In this document: one piece after another, positions 39,297 to 52,124 of the stretch
How the letters are laid out: each line of letters starts with the position of its first letter
How positions within the stretch are numbered: the stretch's first letter is position 1
Source of the DNA: Octopus sinensis
Lineage: Eukaryota
NCBI RefSeq assembly: GCF_006345805.1
Contig: NC_043017.1
Span: 24,118,001 to 24,182,000 of the forward strand
Reading direction: 5' to 3'
DNA: 64,000 nt
Made by a program: the position numbers and the translations under genes
The notes under the pieces: model-generated
Database searches by the model: none
Told to the model about the DNA's origin: nothing
The model's input: the letters and a program-made list of their open reading frames with translations, nothing else

Positions 39297-39423
39297 CATA
39301 TATACGACAGGCTTCTTTCAGTTTCCATCTACCAAATCCACTCACAAGGCATTGGTCGGCCTGGGGCTATAGCAGAAGACACTTGCCCAAGATGCCATGC
39401 AGTGGGACTGAACCCGGAACCAT

Positions 39424-39424
<1 letters not shown>
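39077..39424 (-). mobile_element. SINE family A lacking the start of its head
   Basis: Reverse complement of the 12401 type. It breaks at GAACCCGGAACCATG into (TA)n followed by a LINE tail. Confidence 0.88.
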
Positions 39425-39469
<45 letters not shown>

Positions 39470-40175
39470 TCATCATTTAACGTTCGCTTTCCATGCTAGC
39501 ATGAGTTGGACGATTTTGACTGAGGGCTGGCGAGCCAGATGGCTGCACCAGGCTCCAATCTTGATCTGGCAGAGTTTCTACAGCTGGATGCTCTTCACGC
39601 AAGAGTGGCTGTGGGGTAAGAAGCTTGATTCCCAACCACATAGTTCCTAGTTCAGTCCCACTGTGTGGCACCTTAGACAAGTGTCTACCACTACAGCCTC
39701 AGGCCGACCAAAACCCTTGTGAGTGGATTTGGTAGACGAAAACTGAAAGAAGCCCATCATGTGTGTATATGTGTATTGATAGTAATGGTAAGACAACAAA
39801 AGAATGAAGGAGACCTTGATATTATGTAAATAGAGGAGCTGTAAATATAGTATGTGACAATTATTCATTAATCCACATACCACTAGAGCTGTATAAATTT
39901 CTATAGTATAATAGAAATTGTACACGTACACACACAAACACATAGATGATATGTTGGAGCAACTGTAGCCTGGTCATTGCCAGTGAAATGACATCCATGC
40001 TGGTGACACGTAAAAAGCGCCCATCACTCTCTTGGATTGGTTGGTATTGTGAAGGGCATCCAGCCATAGAAACCATGCCAAATCAGACTGGAACCTGGTA
40101 CAGCTTTCTGGTTTACCAGTTCCAGTCAAACTGTCTAACCCATGCCAGCATGGAAAGCAGATGTTAGAAGAAGAA

Positions 40176-40218
<43 letters not shown>

Positions 40219-40223
40219 GATGA

Positions 40224-40254
<31 letters not shown>

Positions 40255-40829
40255 GGGGGGGGGGTCTGTTGCAGACAATGGTGGGGAAAAAAGAAAACAA
40301 TGTTGAAACTAACTGACAGGATTTGAACTTGGTCATTAATCAGCAAAATTAATCACTGCTCAGTACACTACCAACTGTGCCAGCCACAATAATATCATAA
40401 CAAACTGTATTAAGATAACAGTAACAATAATGGTTTCAAATTTAGGCCCAAGGCCAGTAGTTTTGGAGGGTTGGGGGTTGGTTGCATGGTTATATATATT
40501 TTATGCTTGTTTGCGAAAATAACTATGGACTGAAGTTAAAGTTTCATTTTAGATATTCGAGAAGGTTAATCAAGTTTGTTGATTAATTATCATCAGTCAT
40601 GTCCATGCAACAAGCAAATCAACTCTATAAATATTTTGCCAGCGAGCTTGCTAGTATTTACTAAAAGAGAAAGGCAAACACAGTAAGCAGGTTATACAGC
40701 AAGCTAGTTATAACACAGACTCCTAATACAGATTAAAAGGTTTTTTTTTAATAACAATATATTTTTCCATCTCATCTGAGTGACTTCATTTCAGCCTCAA
40801 ATCAAACCATGTTGTCAGATTGCAGAAAA

Positions 40830-41060
40830 CAATATTCTGAAAGTCATTTCATGGGTGTCTCTCTTGCTGTACAAGGTGCAGATGATAGCAAAGAAGCTAG
40901 AAATGCATTCACCGCTTCTGCCAGGGGTTGCTTTGAAATGACTGTTGATGTCTTTTAAACCCATTTTACCTAAACTGAGAAACTTTCTCAATGATAGACA
41001 GCAGTGAATATGGTCTTTGTACAGGTCAGATACGTCCTGAACTTTCATGCTGTATTTGAT
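40830..41060 (-). mobile_element. Possible highly decayed LINE reverse-transcriptase relic
   Basis: Across frames it reads KVQDVSDL..RPYSLLSIIEKV..LKDINSHF..LAEAVNAF, reminiscent of xYRPISLLSxxxKV and Q(N/Y)GF. There are many stops and frameshifts. Confidence 0.35.
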
Positions 41061-41329
41061 AGCATAGAAGATGCATGAGCATATGAGAAGTAATCTTGAT
41101 TTCAGCAGTGCATCATCATTTAACATCATTAACATCACCATCATTTAACATGTTTTCCATGCTGGCATGGGTTGGACAGTTTGATCAGAGCTGGCAAAGT
41201 TGCACACTGCACCAGGCTTCAGTTGTTTGTTCTTGGCATGGTTTCTACAGTTTGGTGCCCTTCCTAACACCAACCACTTTACAGAGGGTACTGGGTGCTT
41301 TTTCTAAGACACCGGTACAGGTACATTTT

Positions 41330-41580
41330 ATGTGAAACAGGCACAGGTGCTTTTAGATGGCACCAACACAGGTGACACTGGCACAGATGTATTTGAAGTA
41401 CAGATGCTTGTTAGGTGGCACCAGCACAGGTACTTTTCCCGTGGCACCAACACAGGTGTTTCTCACATGCCACAAGTGGTTTTTAAGTGGCACCAGTACA
41501 GATGCTTGTTAAATGGCACCAGCATAGGTGTTTATTATGTGGCACTGGTGCAGGTGCTTCTTACATAGCAGCAGCAGCAG
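41330..41580 (-). repeat. Degenerate minisatellite of GGCACCA(G/A)CACAGG units attached to a LINE tail
   Basis: About 6-7 decayed units directly adjoin the reverse LINE tail at 41130-41300. Confidence 0.65.
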
Positions 41581-43274
41581 CACCAGCAAGTATATTCAAG
41601 AAAAAAAAGGTTTTAGTGCATTAAAGCCTGTAAGAGGCCCAACTTCACATAACGGACCTAGGGTGGTTTTGCTTTTTTTTTTTATATTTTGGGGAAAAAA
41701 GAAGAGTGTATTTTAAAAACCATCAGACACAATAATTCATATTGTGGACAAGCTTACTTTTACGTAAAGACTTTAATAAATTATAAACAAAATCAAACTA
41801 GCAAAGGACAAAACATTAGATCAATCATATATTATAAGCTATGACGTCTCACATTGGCCGATAAATCAATGAACCCAGAAAGTCTATCAAGTGTTGTTAA
41901 TTTAATGTTAATGTCTACCTTCAACTCCCCATTCCCTCCCCCACAGGACTGATTAGAATACTTTGTTGTTTCAGGTATTCTTTCATCATTACACACACAC
42001 ACACGGAGCAAGTCTTTTGATCATTAACTTCCATATTGGCTGATCAATAACCACCTATCTCTAGGAAAAAACAAATTCTCTGTGAACTTTGTCAAAAACA
42101 AAAGAAGAACAACATTGAATCAGGCACAGCTGTGTGGTTGAGACTAAAAATGTAGAACATGGCTATGTTGTTAAGAAGTTCCGTTTGCGACCACATGGTT
42201 TCGGGTTCAATTCCAAGGTACAGAACCTTGGGCATATGTCTTCTACTAATAGCCTCAGGCCAACCAATGTCATGTGAGTGATTTTGGTACGTGGAAATTG
42301 TGCAAAAGCTGGTCGTATATGGCTGTATGTGTATAAAATAAAGAGAGAATCAGAGACAGAAAAAAATAAGTCCTGGGGGTCAATCTGTTTGACTAAAACA
42401 CTTCACTTCACATTGCTTCGGTGCACTCAGCCGGCAAAAATGAGTAATCCAGTGATGGATTGGCATCCCATCCAAGTAGGGAATATATACGTCATGAAAC
42501 TAGGAAACTGGCCCTTATGAGTCACTATGACTCAAGAAGTTAACTTTACTTTTACTCTATGATCAGATACCCTTCCTGTCACCAACCCTGATTTGTTTCT
42601 AAGAAAGGTAATATTTCCCCCATGATCTGACATGAGTTTTTTTTTCACGAAAGGCTGGAAACAAACAACACCACTTGTATGACAGTAATACTTGTTTACA
42701 ACCATTACACACACACACACATTTCCTTGTATTGGCCAAACTATTGGACGTTGTTATACACCACTGGTTATGATGCATTATCTCACATTGTTGTAGCTTT
42801 CAAATGATGCCATCCCATTGGCCATGTGGATAAGTCAATATTCCCCCTGGACAGAACATCAGTCTATCACAGGGTTGCCCAGTTAGAGGTGAGTAGACAG
42901 GAGCAATGTGAAATGAAGTGTGTTTTGCTTAAGAACACAATATACTGCAGGTCTAGAAATCGAAACTCTGATCTTGCAAACATGAATACCACACCCTAAC
43001 TACTAAGCCAAGCACCTTCACATATATGAGTGTGTGTGTGTGTGTGTGTGGTGTGTGTGCTCATGTGCATGCATGTACACACATCCACAATGGACTTCTT
43101 TTAATTTCTGTCTCCCAAATCCACTCACAAGGCTTTGGTTGGGCCCTAGACTAGTAGAAGACACTTGCCCAAGGTGCCATACAGTGAGAATGAACCTGAA
43201 ACCTCATGACAGGGAAACAAGCTTCTTAACTACATAGCCATACTTGTACCTGACATAAATAGAAATGATGACAG

Positions 43275-43316
<42 letters not shown>

Positions 43317-44004
43317 AACGATTCTGATCAATACATAAATTAGTTTAACAAGACATTGATGTACCCGACTATAGACTACGTCATTTGAGTCAACCTTAAA
43401 TGATCAAAGACCATTTACTGCTGTGATCATTGAGATGTTTTTTCTCAAGCACTGGGTACCCCAGATTGCATTATTCAATATCTTCTTTGTTTTTGTTTCT
43501 CTTTAATGGTTAGGTTTGATCTGAGGGAGATTCGGTCACTATTTCTAGCAGACTGAGCTACTATATACAAGGTCTCATATTGGCTCATGAATATATGACA
43601 TAGACAGTAAGACTCAGTCAATTTTGCCATAGAAACACACACACACACACAGATGAAAGGGATGAAAGCAAAGTTGACCTTGGCAGAATTTGAAATCAAA
43701 AAAATGCAATGAGCCAGAAAAAATACCACAGAGCATCTTTTTTCACAATGCTTTGACGACTCTGCCACTTCACTGCCCAAGCAATAATAAATGGTCACTC
43801 TTGTCAATTTTGACATAAGTGCTTGAAAAAAAAAAGAATCAAAAAAGGATTAAGCATAAAAGATGATGCGTCTTTTTAAAATGGTTGTGTGAATATAATT
43901 CAAGTCCAGGTATGGATTTTGTTATGAAGAGACGACGATGATTTTAATTTTACCTGGGATTCGACAACAGTGTTTGTTGATTGCACCACAAAGTTATTTT
44001 ATTA

Positions 44005-44493
44005 CTCTTTTACATGTTTCAGTCATTTGACTGTGGCCATGCTGGAGCACCGCCTTTAGTCGACCAAATCGACCCCAGGACTTATTCTTTGTAAGCCTAG
44101 TACTTATTACATCGGTCCATTTTTGCCGAACCGCTAAGTTACGGGGACGTAAACACACCAGCATCGGTTGTCAAGCGATGTTGGGGGGACATACACACAC
44201 ATACATATATATATGGAAGAAAGCGCTAATGATCTCAGTGATATGATATATATGTAAAAAATGTAATATATAAATAAATATCTGTAAATATAAACCATCT
44301 GATCTTCTGATTACCTCATTTCTTCTAATATATACATATATACGACGGGCTTCTTTCAGTTTCCGTCTACCAAATCCACTCACAAGGCTTTGGTCGGCCC
44401 GAGGCTATAGTAGATGACACTTGCCCAAGGTGCCACGCAGTGGGACTGAACCCGGAACCATGTGGTTGGTAAGCAAGCTACTTACCACACAGC
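44005..44493 (-). mobile_element. SINE family A with a ~120-bp insertion in its TA tract
   Basis: Both SINE halves are intact. Non-repetitive AT-rich sequence at about 44215-44330 lies between TA runs. Confidence 0.88.
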
Positions 44494-44798
44494 CCAGCTT
44501 CTTGAACTCAAACTGCTTAGATGCATCATCACACATTTTACACCACTTTGATTGATCAAAGCAATAACTTTCCCAACAGGATACATTAAGCTGTAAAGAT
44601 TTTGGTGATTGTTGTAACTTGTCCTTATACCTAAGGAGGGAGTCTTCCTTTACTGTGGAAACCCTCTGTTTGTTGGTCATACAAAAGAATTTTCTGAATG
44701 TGATTATTTTGCATTTGAACAGCATGTCCTGACTACCTGCACTGAATTCTCGACAGCTTGCTTCCGATATTGGAGATAATAACAATAATAATAATAAT

Positions 44799-45482
44799 CC
44801 TTTCTACTATAGGCACAAGGCCTGAAATTTGGGGGGATGGAACTAGTTGATTACATCAACCTCAGTGTTTTACTGGAACTTAATTTAATCGAACCCAAAA
44901 GGACGAAAGGCAAAGTTGACCATGGCAGAATTTGAACTCAAAACATAAAGACAGACCAAATGCCACGAGGCATTTTGCCCAACATGCTAACGATTCTGCC
45001 AGCTTGCTGCCTTAATAATAATAATAATAATGGTTTCAAATTATGGCACAAGGCCAGCAATTTTGGGGTGGAATGTAGGTTGATTGCAGTGAGGCTGGTA
45101 CTTACTTGACCTCAAAAGAATGAAAGGCAAAGTCAACCTCAATCAAATTTGAACTTAGAATGTGAAGACAGACAAAACGCCACTAAGCATTCTGCCTGGC
45201 AAGCTAACAATTTTGCCAGTCCACCATCTTGATGATAACAATGATGATGATGATGATAATTCTTTCTAATTCTTGCACAAGGTCAGAAATTTTGTGGGAG
45301 GAGGCCAGTCAATTACACTGACCACCCCCTGCCCCCAGTGTTCAATTGGTACTTATTTTATCGACCCTGAAAGGGTGAGAGGGCAAGGTTGACCCTGGCA
45401 GAATTTGAACTCAGAACACAGAGAGCTGGAAGAAATGCTGTATTTTGTCCGGTCCACTAACAATTCTACCACTTCACTGCCT

Positions 45483-45518
<36 letters not shown>

Positions 45519-45711
45519 CCTGTTCTGCTATAGGCACAAGGCTAGTCAGAATACATTGGATTCCAGTACATGACTGGTACTTATTTTATTGATCCCGAAA
45601 GGATGAAAGGCAGTGTTACTTCAGTGGAGTTTGAACTCAGAACATAATGTGAATGAAATGCCACCAAACGTTTTGTCAAGTGTGCTAACAATTCTTCCAG
45701 CTCACCACCTT
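44799..45711 (-). mobile_element. Cluster of four same-orientation decayed family B SINEs
   Basis: Copies lie at about 44799, 45031, 45260 and 45519. Each contains GGCACAAGG-like...GAAAGG..GAAAGGCAAAGT...GAACTCAGAAC and they are separated by trinucleotide tails. Confidence 0.8.
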
Positions 45712-45713
45712 AC

Positions 45714-45749
<36 letters not shown>

Positions 45750-45936
45750 GTAATAGTAATAGTAATATATATTTTAGGAGAGTAATTTTGTAAATAATCA
45801 ACAGACAACAGAAAATTAGATGAAAAGTCAAAAAAATTCAAATATTGTCGACTAAATAAAAGACAGAATTGAGAATAATGTATGAAAAAAAATACATATA
45901 TATATATATACACATATATCTTTTTTCATACATTAT

Positions 45937-45990
<54 letters not shown>

Positions 45991-46355
45991 GAAGCAGACT
46001 TCTAAAAATGAGATAATTTTTTTCTTCTCTTTCATAAATGAAATTTATTAAAATTGCAATTATTTCTGTTCTGCTTTGTTTTCTTTGTATTTTTTTCCTT
46101 GCAGATTTTTAAAATCCATAATTGTTTTTGCTGCACTTAACAATGGTTGCTGTACAAATCTAAAAACACTGTAAACCATGTTGGTGTAAACACAGACTTC
46201 ATGTGAAGAAGTTTACTTCTTACATAGTTCTCGGTTTGACTCTACTGCACACCTACCACCATTGGGTGAGGGTTTCCTCCTATTCTTTCTATCACCTCAT
46301 GTTATTTAATAATTGTCAGAGAAATTTAGTAGATAGAAAATGTATTAGAGCCAAA

Positions 46356-46409
<54 letters not shown>

Positions 46410-46411
<2 letters not shown>

Positions 46412-46694
46412 AGGCGCAACAGCCCAGTGGTTAGGGCAGCGGATTCGCAGTTTCGATTCCCAGACCGGGCGTTGTGAGTGTTTATTGAGCAAAAACACCT
46501 AAAGCTACACGAGGCTCCGGCAGGGGATGGTGGTGATCCCTGCTGTACTCTTTCGCCACAACTTTCTCTCACTCTTTCTTCTGTTGGCCTGCTCGCTTAG
46601 CCAGTGAGATGGCATCATTTGAAGGCTAAAACAATGCGAAGCGCATTGTGACCAGCGATGTCTGGAACATCTGATAGCCTGGTCGATCACGGTG

Positions 46695-46695
<1 letters not shown>
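46410..46695 (+). mobile_element. tRNA-derived SINE family D inserted in (TA)n
   Basis: Head GGAGGCGCAACAGCCCAGTGGTTAGGGCAGCGG, B-box GTTTCGATTCC and end GATCACGGTGA. Long TA runs flank both sides. Confidence 0.8.
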
Positions 46696-46738
<43 letters not shown>

Positions 46739-46759
46739 TATATATATATACATGTGTAT

Positions 46760-47090
46760 GTATGTAGTGGTGTGAGTTTGTGTGTAGCAGTGTGTGTGGT
46801 GTGTAGTCCAGTATTAAACACTAGAATCAATATGATTGCTTTCAAGCACAAAATATACAAATAGAAGTACACAGTAAAGTGCAACACGCAACCAAATGGG
46901 CTCAGTAGTTGGTCCCATAACCCACTCCAGTATGCAATGTAGTACAATGTGGGGCATCAACCTCATACAGGACACTGATGAGGTGAAGTGCCTGATTGCA
47001 TAATGTTTGTTACTGTTATGTAATTATTTCAGCATTCTGCTGAAACACGTCTATGTCTAATAAAGCATCGAATACCACACCTGTTTTCTG
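46760..47090 (+). mobile_element. Penelope-like pLTR relic
   Basis: It contains CTGATGA...GAAACACGTC followed by AATAAA (47059-47064), an arrangement typical of Penelope pseudo-LTRs. Confidence 0.5.
46970..47058 (+). ncRNA. Putative decayed type I hammerhead ribozyme with an extended stem II
   Basis: CTGATGA at 46975-46981, GAAA at 47042-47045 and GTC at 47049-47051. Inner pairings are CTGA/TCAG and TTGCATAA/TTATGTAA. Stem I GGACA/TGTCT is offset by 2 nt. Confidence 0.4.
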
Positions 47091-48554
47091 CTTATTATTA
47101 TTATTATTTTATACACACACACACACACACATGTTAATGGATTTACACACAGTTGCTTTTTTTAAAGGATTTATATCTTTTTTTTTTTAGCAATTTACAT
47201 ATGGTTTCACAACAAGCACAATTCTAGTGGATATCACACTGTTTGTTTTGTTGTTGCTGTGGCTGCTGCTAACATTGCAGCAGACAAGTTCATGGAATCA
47301 AAGAGTCAAATAATGACGCAAATATCTGAATGGCCTCTAAAGATACAAGACTACAAGTTGATACTTCTGAAGTCCAATTCCACTAAAGTACTGTATCTTG
47401 GGGGGAAAATACACTTTCTATACAAACTTCCCTTTACCTATCTGTAGAAGGTCAAAAAAAAAAATTGAAATTAAAAGCTTTCTGTGAAATTATTGCAAAA
47501 GTCTAGTAACCTATGAAGCAGAACTAGAAGATGAAGGGCTAAAAAATGAAAGATGAAGAACTAATAGAAAAACAAAGCACTAAAAGAGAAATACATAAAA
47601 ACGTTAATGTTTAGCAACCAGCCAAATTTCTGGGCAATAAATATTTGATTCTTTGACAGAGATAGGTTAAAACTAGGAAATACTCTAAATATTTATCAAG
47701 ACCTCCACTTACTGATAGTTTCAATTCCAAATATCTACTATGCATAGCACCAGTTTAACCATGTCTTTTGGGACCCATATTTTCAGGGTCTTCCCAATAT
47801 TTCAGGATCCTACCAACTTTTGTAGGACCCCAATACCAAATGCTTTATTACTATTATAACACTATAGTACTACCTCGAACTCTTATGAATGACAGGTTGT
47901 TTCAGGAAAATTCTGAAACACTGCCAAGCTCAAATACATTTTATATTAAATACTTAAACTTTTATGAACAGCTATGTGTTTAAGGGGCACCCTAAAATAC
48001 TTCCAAGAACCAGTACATTTATATTAAATGCTTGAATTTAATTTTAATTGAATTTTAATTTTAATTCAGCTTACTCTATCAAATCTAATGCATATTTACT
48101 CACATTGTTTTGAATTAAACATGCTTTACCTCATAGCTTTGAGATTTCAATGATGTAATTATTTATTTTTAGAATGACATTGTATGGTAGGGTCTGGCAG
48201 ATTTGAGCATAAAACAGGTAGAACATTTGGGCTGGATACAACCAGTTTAAACATGGAAAGGGTGAAAGTGAACCTTCAAAATACTTCCAAACTCAAATAT
48301 ATTTCATATCAAATGAGGCAACAAGCTGGCGGAATCATTAGCAATCTGGGTAGAATGCTTAGTGGCATTTTGTCCGTCTTTACATTCTGAGTTCAAATTC
48401 CACTGAGGTCAACTTTGCCTTTCATTCTTCTGGGAGTCAATAAAGTAAGTACTAGTTGAATACTGGGTTGATGTAATTGTCTTACCCCACTCCCTCGAAA
48501 TTGCTGGCCTTGTACTAAAATTTGAAACCAATATATTTCATAATAACTAGGCAC

Positions 48555-48960
48555 AGGGGTGGCTGTGTTGTAAGTAGCTTGCTTACCAACCACATGGTAC
48601 CGGGTTCAGTCCCACTGCGTGGCACCTTGGGCAAGCATCTTCTACTATAGCCTCGGGCCGACCAAAGCCTTGTGAGTGGATTTGGTAGACGGAAACTGAA
48701 AGAAGCCCATGGTATATATGTATATATGTGTGTGTGTTTGTGTGTCTGTGTTTGTCCCCCACACACATATAGCTTGACAACTGATGCTGGTGTGTTTACG
48801 TCCCCGTAACTTAGCGGTTCGGCAAAAGAGACCGATAGAATAAGTACTAGACTTATAAAGAATAAGTCCTGGGGTCGATTTGCTCAACTAAAGGCAGTGC
48901 TCCAGCATGGCTGCAGTCAAATGACTGAAACAAGTAAAAGAGTAAAAGAGTAAAGAGTAA
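48555..48960 (+). mobile_element. SINE family A, full-length
   Basis: Same organisation as 12401-12810, with a (GTAAAAGA)n tail. Confidence 0.92.
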
Positions 48961-49291
48961 ACCTTTATGAATACCTCATTGTTCAAAGCGTACTCTAAAA
49001 TAATTCCAAGATCTAATATATTTTAAATTTTTGCAAGTTATGCTTTTTCCAAATCAGTGATTCCTGTACTTATTATTCATTAAACTTGTATGAACAACTG
49101 GGTATTTAAGGTTAATTCAATATTTGGTTTATATTTGCGATCCAATATATGTTAAGATTAAACAAATTACAATAATTAAAATAAACAGCAATGGTAAATG
49201 AACAAACTTCATTTTTATTAGATGCTAATTAACAGCTGTGTCATTCCATTTTCTATGTTGATGTATTAAACTAGTCATACAATAATTGAGC

Positions 49292-49325
<34 letters not shown>

Positions 49326-49496
49326 TTTCTCGGTTAAACAAATCAGTTTAAAACTAATATAAAACAGACTCCATGATGCTAATTATCCAAGTTTAATATT
49401 AAATCAGGATTTTTAAGCAAGTAAGAAATACGTTATTGTGTGCAGTTTCTGCTTTTACTGTATTCTGTTAAACAAAACTGTCACAGAAATAAATTT

Positions 49497-49726
49497 AAAA
49501 ATTTTTGTTACCGTATTCTTGTGGAAATGCACTGCTTTTGTTTCAATTAAGCTTGAGAATAATTAAGAACGTAGTAAAATAAATTTGTCTTAATTAAGCT
49601 GGTGTTTCAAACATAAATTAACATGAAATTTTGATGAACAATTATAATTGAGATCACTTTAAAATAGCAAGTTTGTATCATAGAACCGCTGATGGTCTCA
49701 GGTGGGTTGGTATCGACAGAGTTAAA
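49497..49726. mobile_element. TTAA-MITE family 1, decayed
   Basis: TTTTTGTTACCGTATT ... GGTTGGTATCGACAGAGTTAA with the family internal sequence. Confidence 0.7.
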
Positions 49727-50832
49727 TTAATATAGTCACATTTTTCAACATTAGAACAAAAAAATAAATTGACATTATATTACGGTCATGTATCAGCTGA
49801 GAATATATAGCTTGTTCATTTTAGTTGCTTGACTAACAAAGCCACAGAACAAATTCATGCAATGTTGCAGCATTTAAGAGCTTTGTGTTTTTAGATTCAT
49901 GTCCTGGGTACCTATCTTTTATCTTCTATTTTTTTTCTTATTTGTTTCAATCTTTAGACTGCAACCACACTGGGGCACCACCTGCAAGAATTTTTAGTCA
50001 AAGGAATCCACCCCTACATATTTTTTATTTTTTTATATTTTAAGCCTGATACTTATTCTATTGGCCTCTTTTGCCAAACCAAGATACAGGGACATAAACA
50101 CACCAACACCGGTTGTCAAGCAGAGGTGGCGGACAAACACAGACACAAAGTGGTTGGTGTTAGGAAGGGCATCCAGCTGTAGAAACATTGCCAGATAAGA
50201 CCGGAGCCTGGGGCAGCCTTCTGGCTTCTCAGATCCCCAGTCGAACCGTCCAACCCATGCTAGCATGGAGAACGGACGTTAAACGACGATGATGATGATA
50301 TATATATATATATATATATGCACATATACAATGAGCTTCTTTCAGTTTCTGTCAACTAAACTTACTCACAAGGCTTTGGTTAGCCTGAGGCTATAACAGA
50401 AGACACTTGTCCAAGGTGCCACAAAGTGGGACTGAACCCAGAACCATATGGTTGGGAAGTACGCTACTTACCATACAGCCATGCTTTTAAACTGCATCTA
50501 GTAGTGGAGCACTGGCTCCGTAGTTCCAGGGATTGAAGTGTGTGGAACTCCCTCTTAGTTCCTATTGTTTCCAGGTCTGCCCTACCCCAAATTAGAAGCA
50601 CCCATCAGGATCCCAGCTATGGGTTAAACGGAAAGTAACTGCCCAAAGCAGGGCACATTGAAATCTTGGGATACAGTATGGTGGATGTGAACTATTTTAG
50701 CAAACGAATCTTATTGAATCAATGGTGAATATCAGTAGATGCTGAGCAGCTAAACAGACAACAGATTGTCAATGACCGGGACCAACCAGTTCAGTTAGCA
50801 AACTACTGCTATCATCTGTAACCATGGCATGT

Positions 50833-51150
50833 GAAGCCATGTGGCTTAGTGGTAAAGCTCACAGTCGTAAGACCGTGAGTTCAATTTCTGGCAGCGTGTA
50901 ATGTCCTTGAACAAGACACTTTATTTCACATTGTTCCAGTTCACTCTGCTGACAAATATAAGTTGTACCTGTAATCCTAAGGGCCAGCCTTGTCCACATT
51001 CTGTGAGTCACTTTGAAACAATCTGAGGACTATGTTAAGGGTACACATATCAGTCAAGTGCTCAGTCAGTTGCACGTTAATCTCATGATCAGGTTGTTCC
51101 ATTAATCAGATCAACTGGAACCCTCATTGCCGAAGCCAACAGAGTCCCAG
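50833..51150 (+). mobile_element. SINE family C, decayed
   Basis: TGGCTTAGTGG A-box, GAGTTCAATT B-box, CTTGAACAAGACACTT and a body similar to 4983-5340. Confidence 0.75.
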
Positions 51151-51450
51151 AAGTTTTAGCATGCACTAATGAGATATAAAATTAACCCCAGTACACAACT
51201 GGTACTTATTTTAACAACCGCCAAAAGGATGAAAAACAAAGTCAAACCCAGCAGAATTTGAACTCAGAATGTAAAGACAGACAAAATACTGCTAAGCATT
51301 TAACCTGGTATGCTAACAATTCTGCTAGCTTACCACCCTAGGAGCACATCCGGTATATGATCAAATACAGTATGTTGCTGTTCCTATGTTTGCAAGTGTT
51401 GTCAGTTTTTGCTCAACGTTGGTAGCAGAACAATGATTAATAAATACAAA

Positions 51451-51795
51451 ATGGATTTGAAATTACTTGTGCCACCTCAGCTAAAACCTGAAAATGAAGA
51501 ACCTTCAAGGAAAGAAGAGCAAATTTGGAAATTATTGATCAGCTTATAACTCATAAAGACAGCTCCCCAATTGTGCTCTGAATGTTTAAAGGAGAAAAAA
51601 AAAAAACCACAGAGGCTGTACTGCAAAATGGATTACCATCTTAAATGCTGATGGTAGAGATTAGATCTAAACCAATTAATATTTATTGCATATAAATCAT
51701 TTGTGGCATTTGAACAATATCGAAGTCCACGGGAGACAGCAGTGAGGGATTATTTCATTCAGTTTGAACATCTTGTTGAAAGACTTACATGTTAC
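51451..51795 (+). mobile_element. Possible LTR-retrotransposon gag relic
   Basis: Across frames it reads EEQIWKLLISL..EAVLQ..ITILNADG..FIAYKSFVAFEQYRSPRETAVRDYFIQFEHLVERL, resembling gag-like proteins of invertebrate LTR elements. No LTRs were seen. Confidence 0.45.
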
Positions 51796-52124
51796 AAAAC
51801 GATTTTAACAGCTGTGTGGCAGTTAAGAAGCTCATTTTGAAACCACATGATTTTGGGTTCATTCCTACTGTACAGCACCTTGGACAAGTGCGTTTTCTAC
51901 AATAGTGGCTCCAGGCCAACCAATGTCTTGTGAGGGAATTTCAGAGATGGAAAGTGTTTGCTATTTTTTATGGCTTCATGTTCTAAGTTCAAATTTTACC
52001 AAAGTCAATTTGCTTTCATTCGTTCAAGGTCTACAGACAAGTACCAATTGAGCACTGAGGCCAATGTAATCAAACCCCCAAAATTTCAGGCCCTGTGCAT
52101 ATAACGGAAAGGATTATTATTATC

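Noticed and set aside
40815-41144. 109-aa ORF as a host exon
   Set aside because: It begins in a (GAT)n LINE tail. The best signal is a fragmented RT-like motif spread over different frames.
44405-44785. 126-aa ORF in partly unique sequence
   Set aside because: There is no recognisable domain, it starts in an (ATT)n tail and ends inside a SINE, and I found no convincing splice-site pair.
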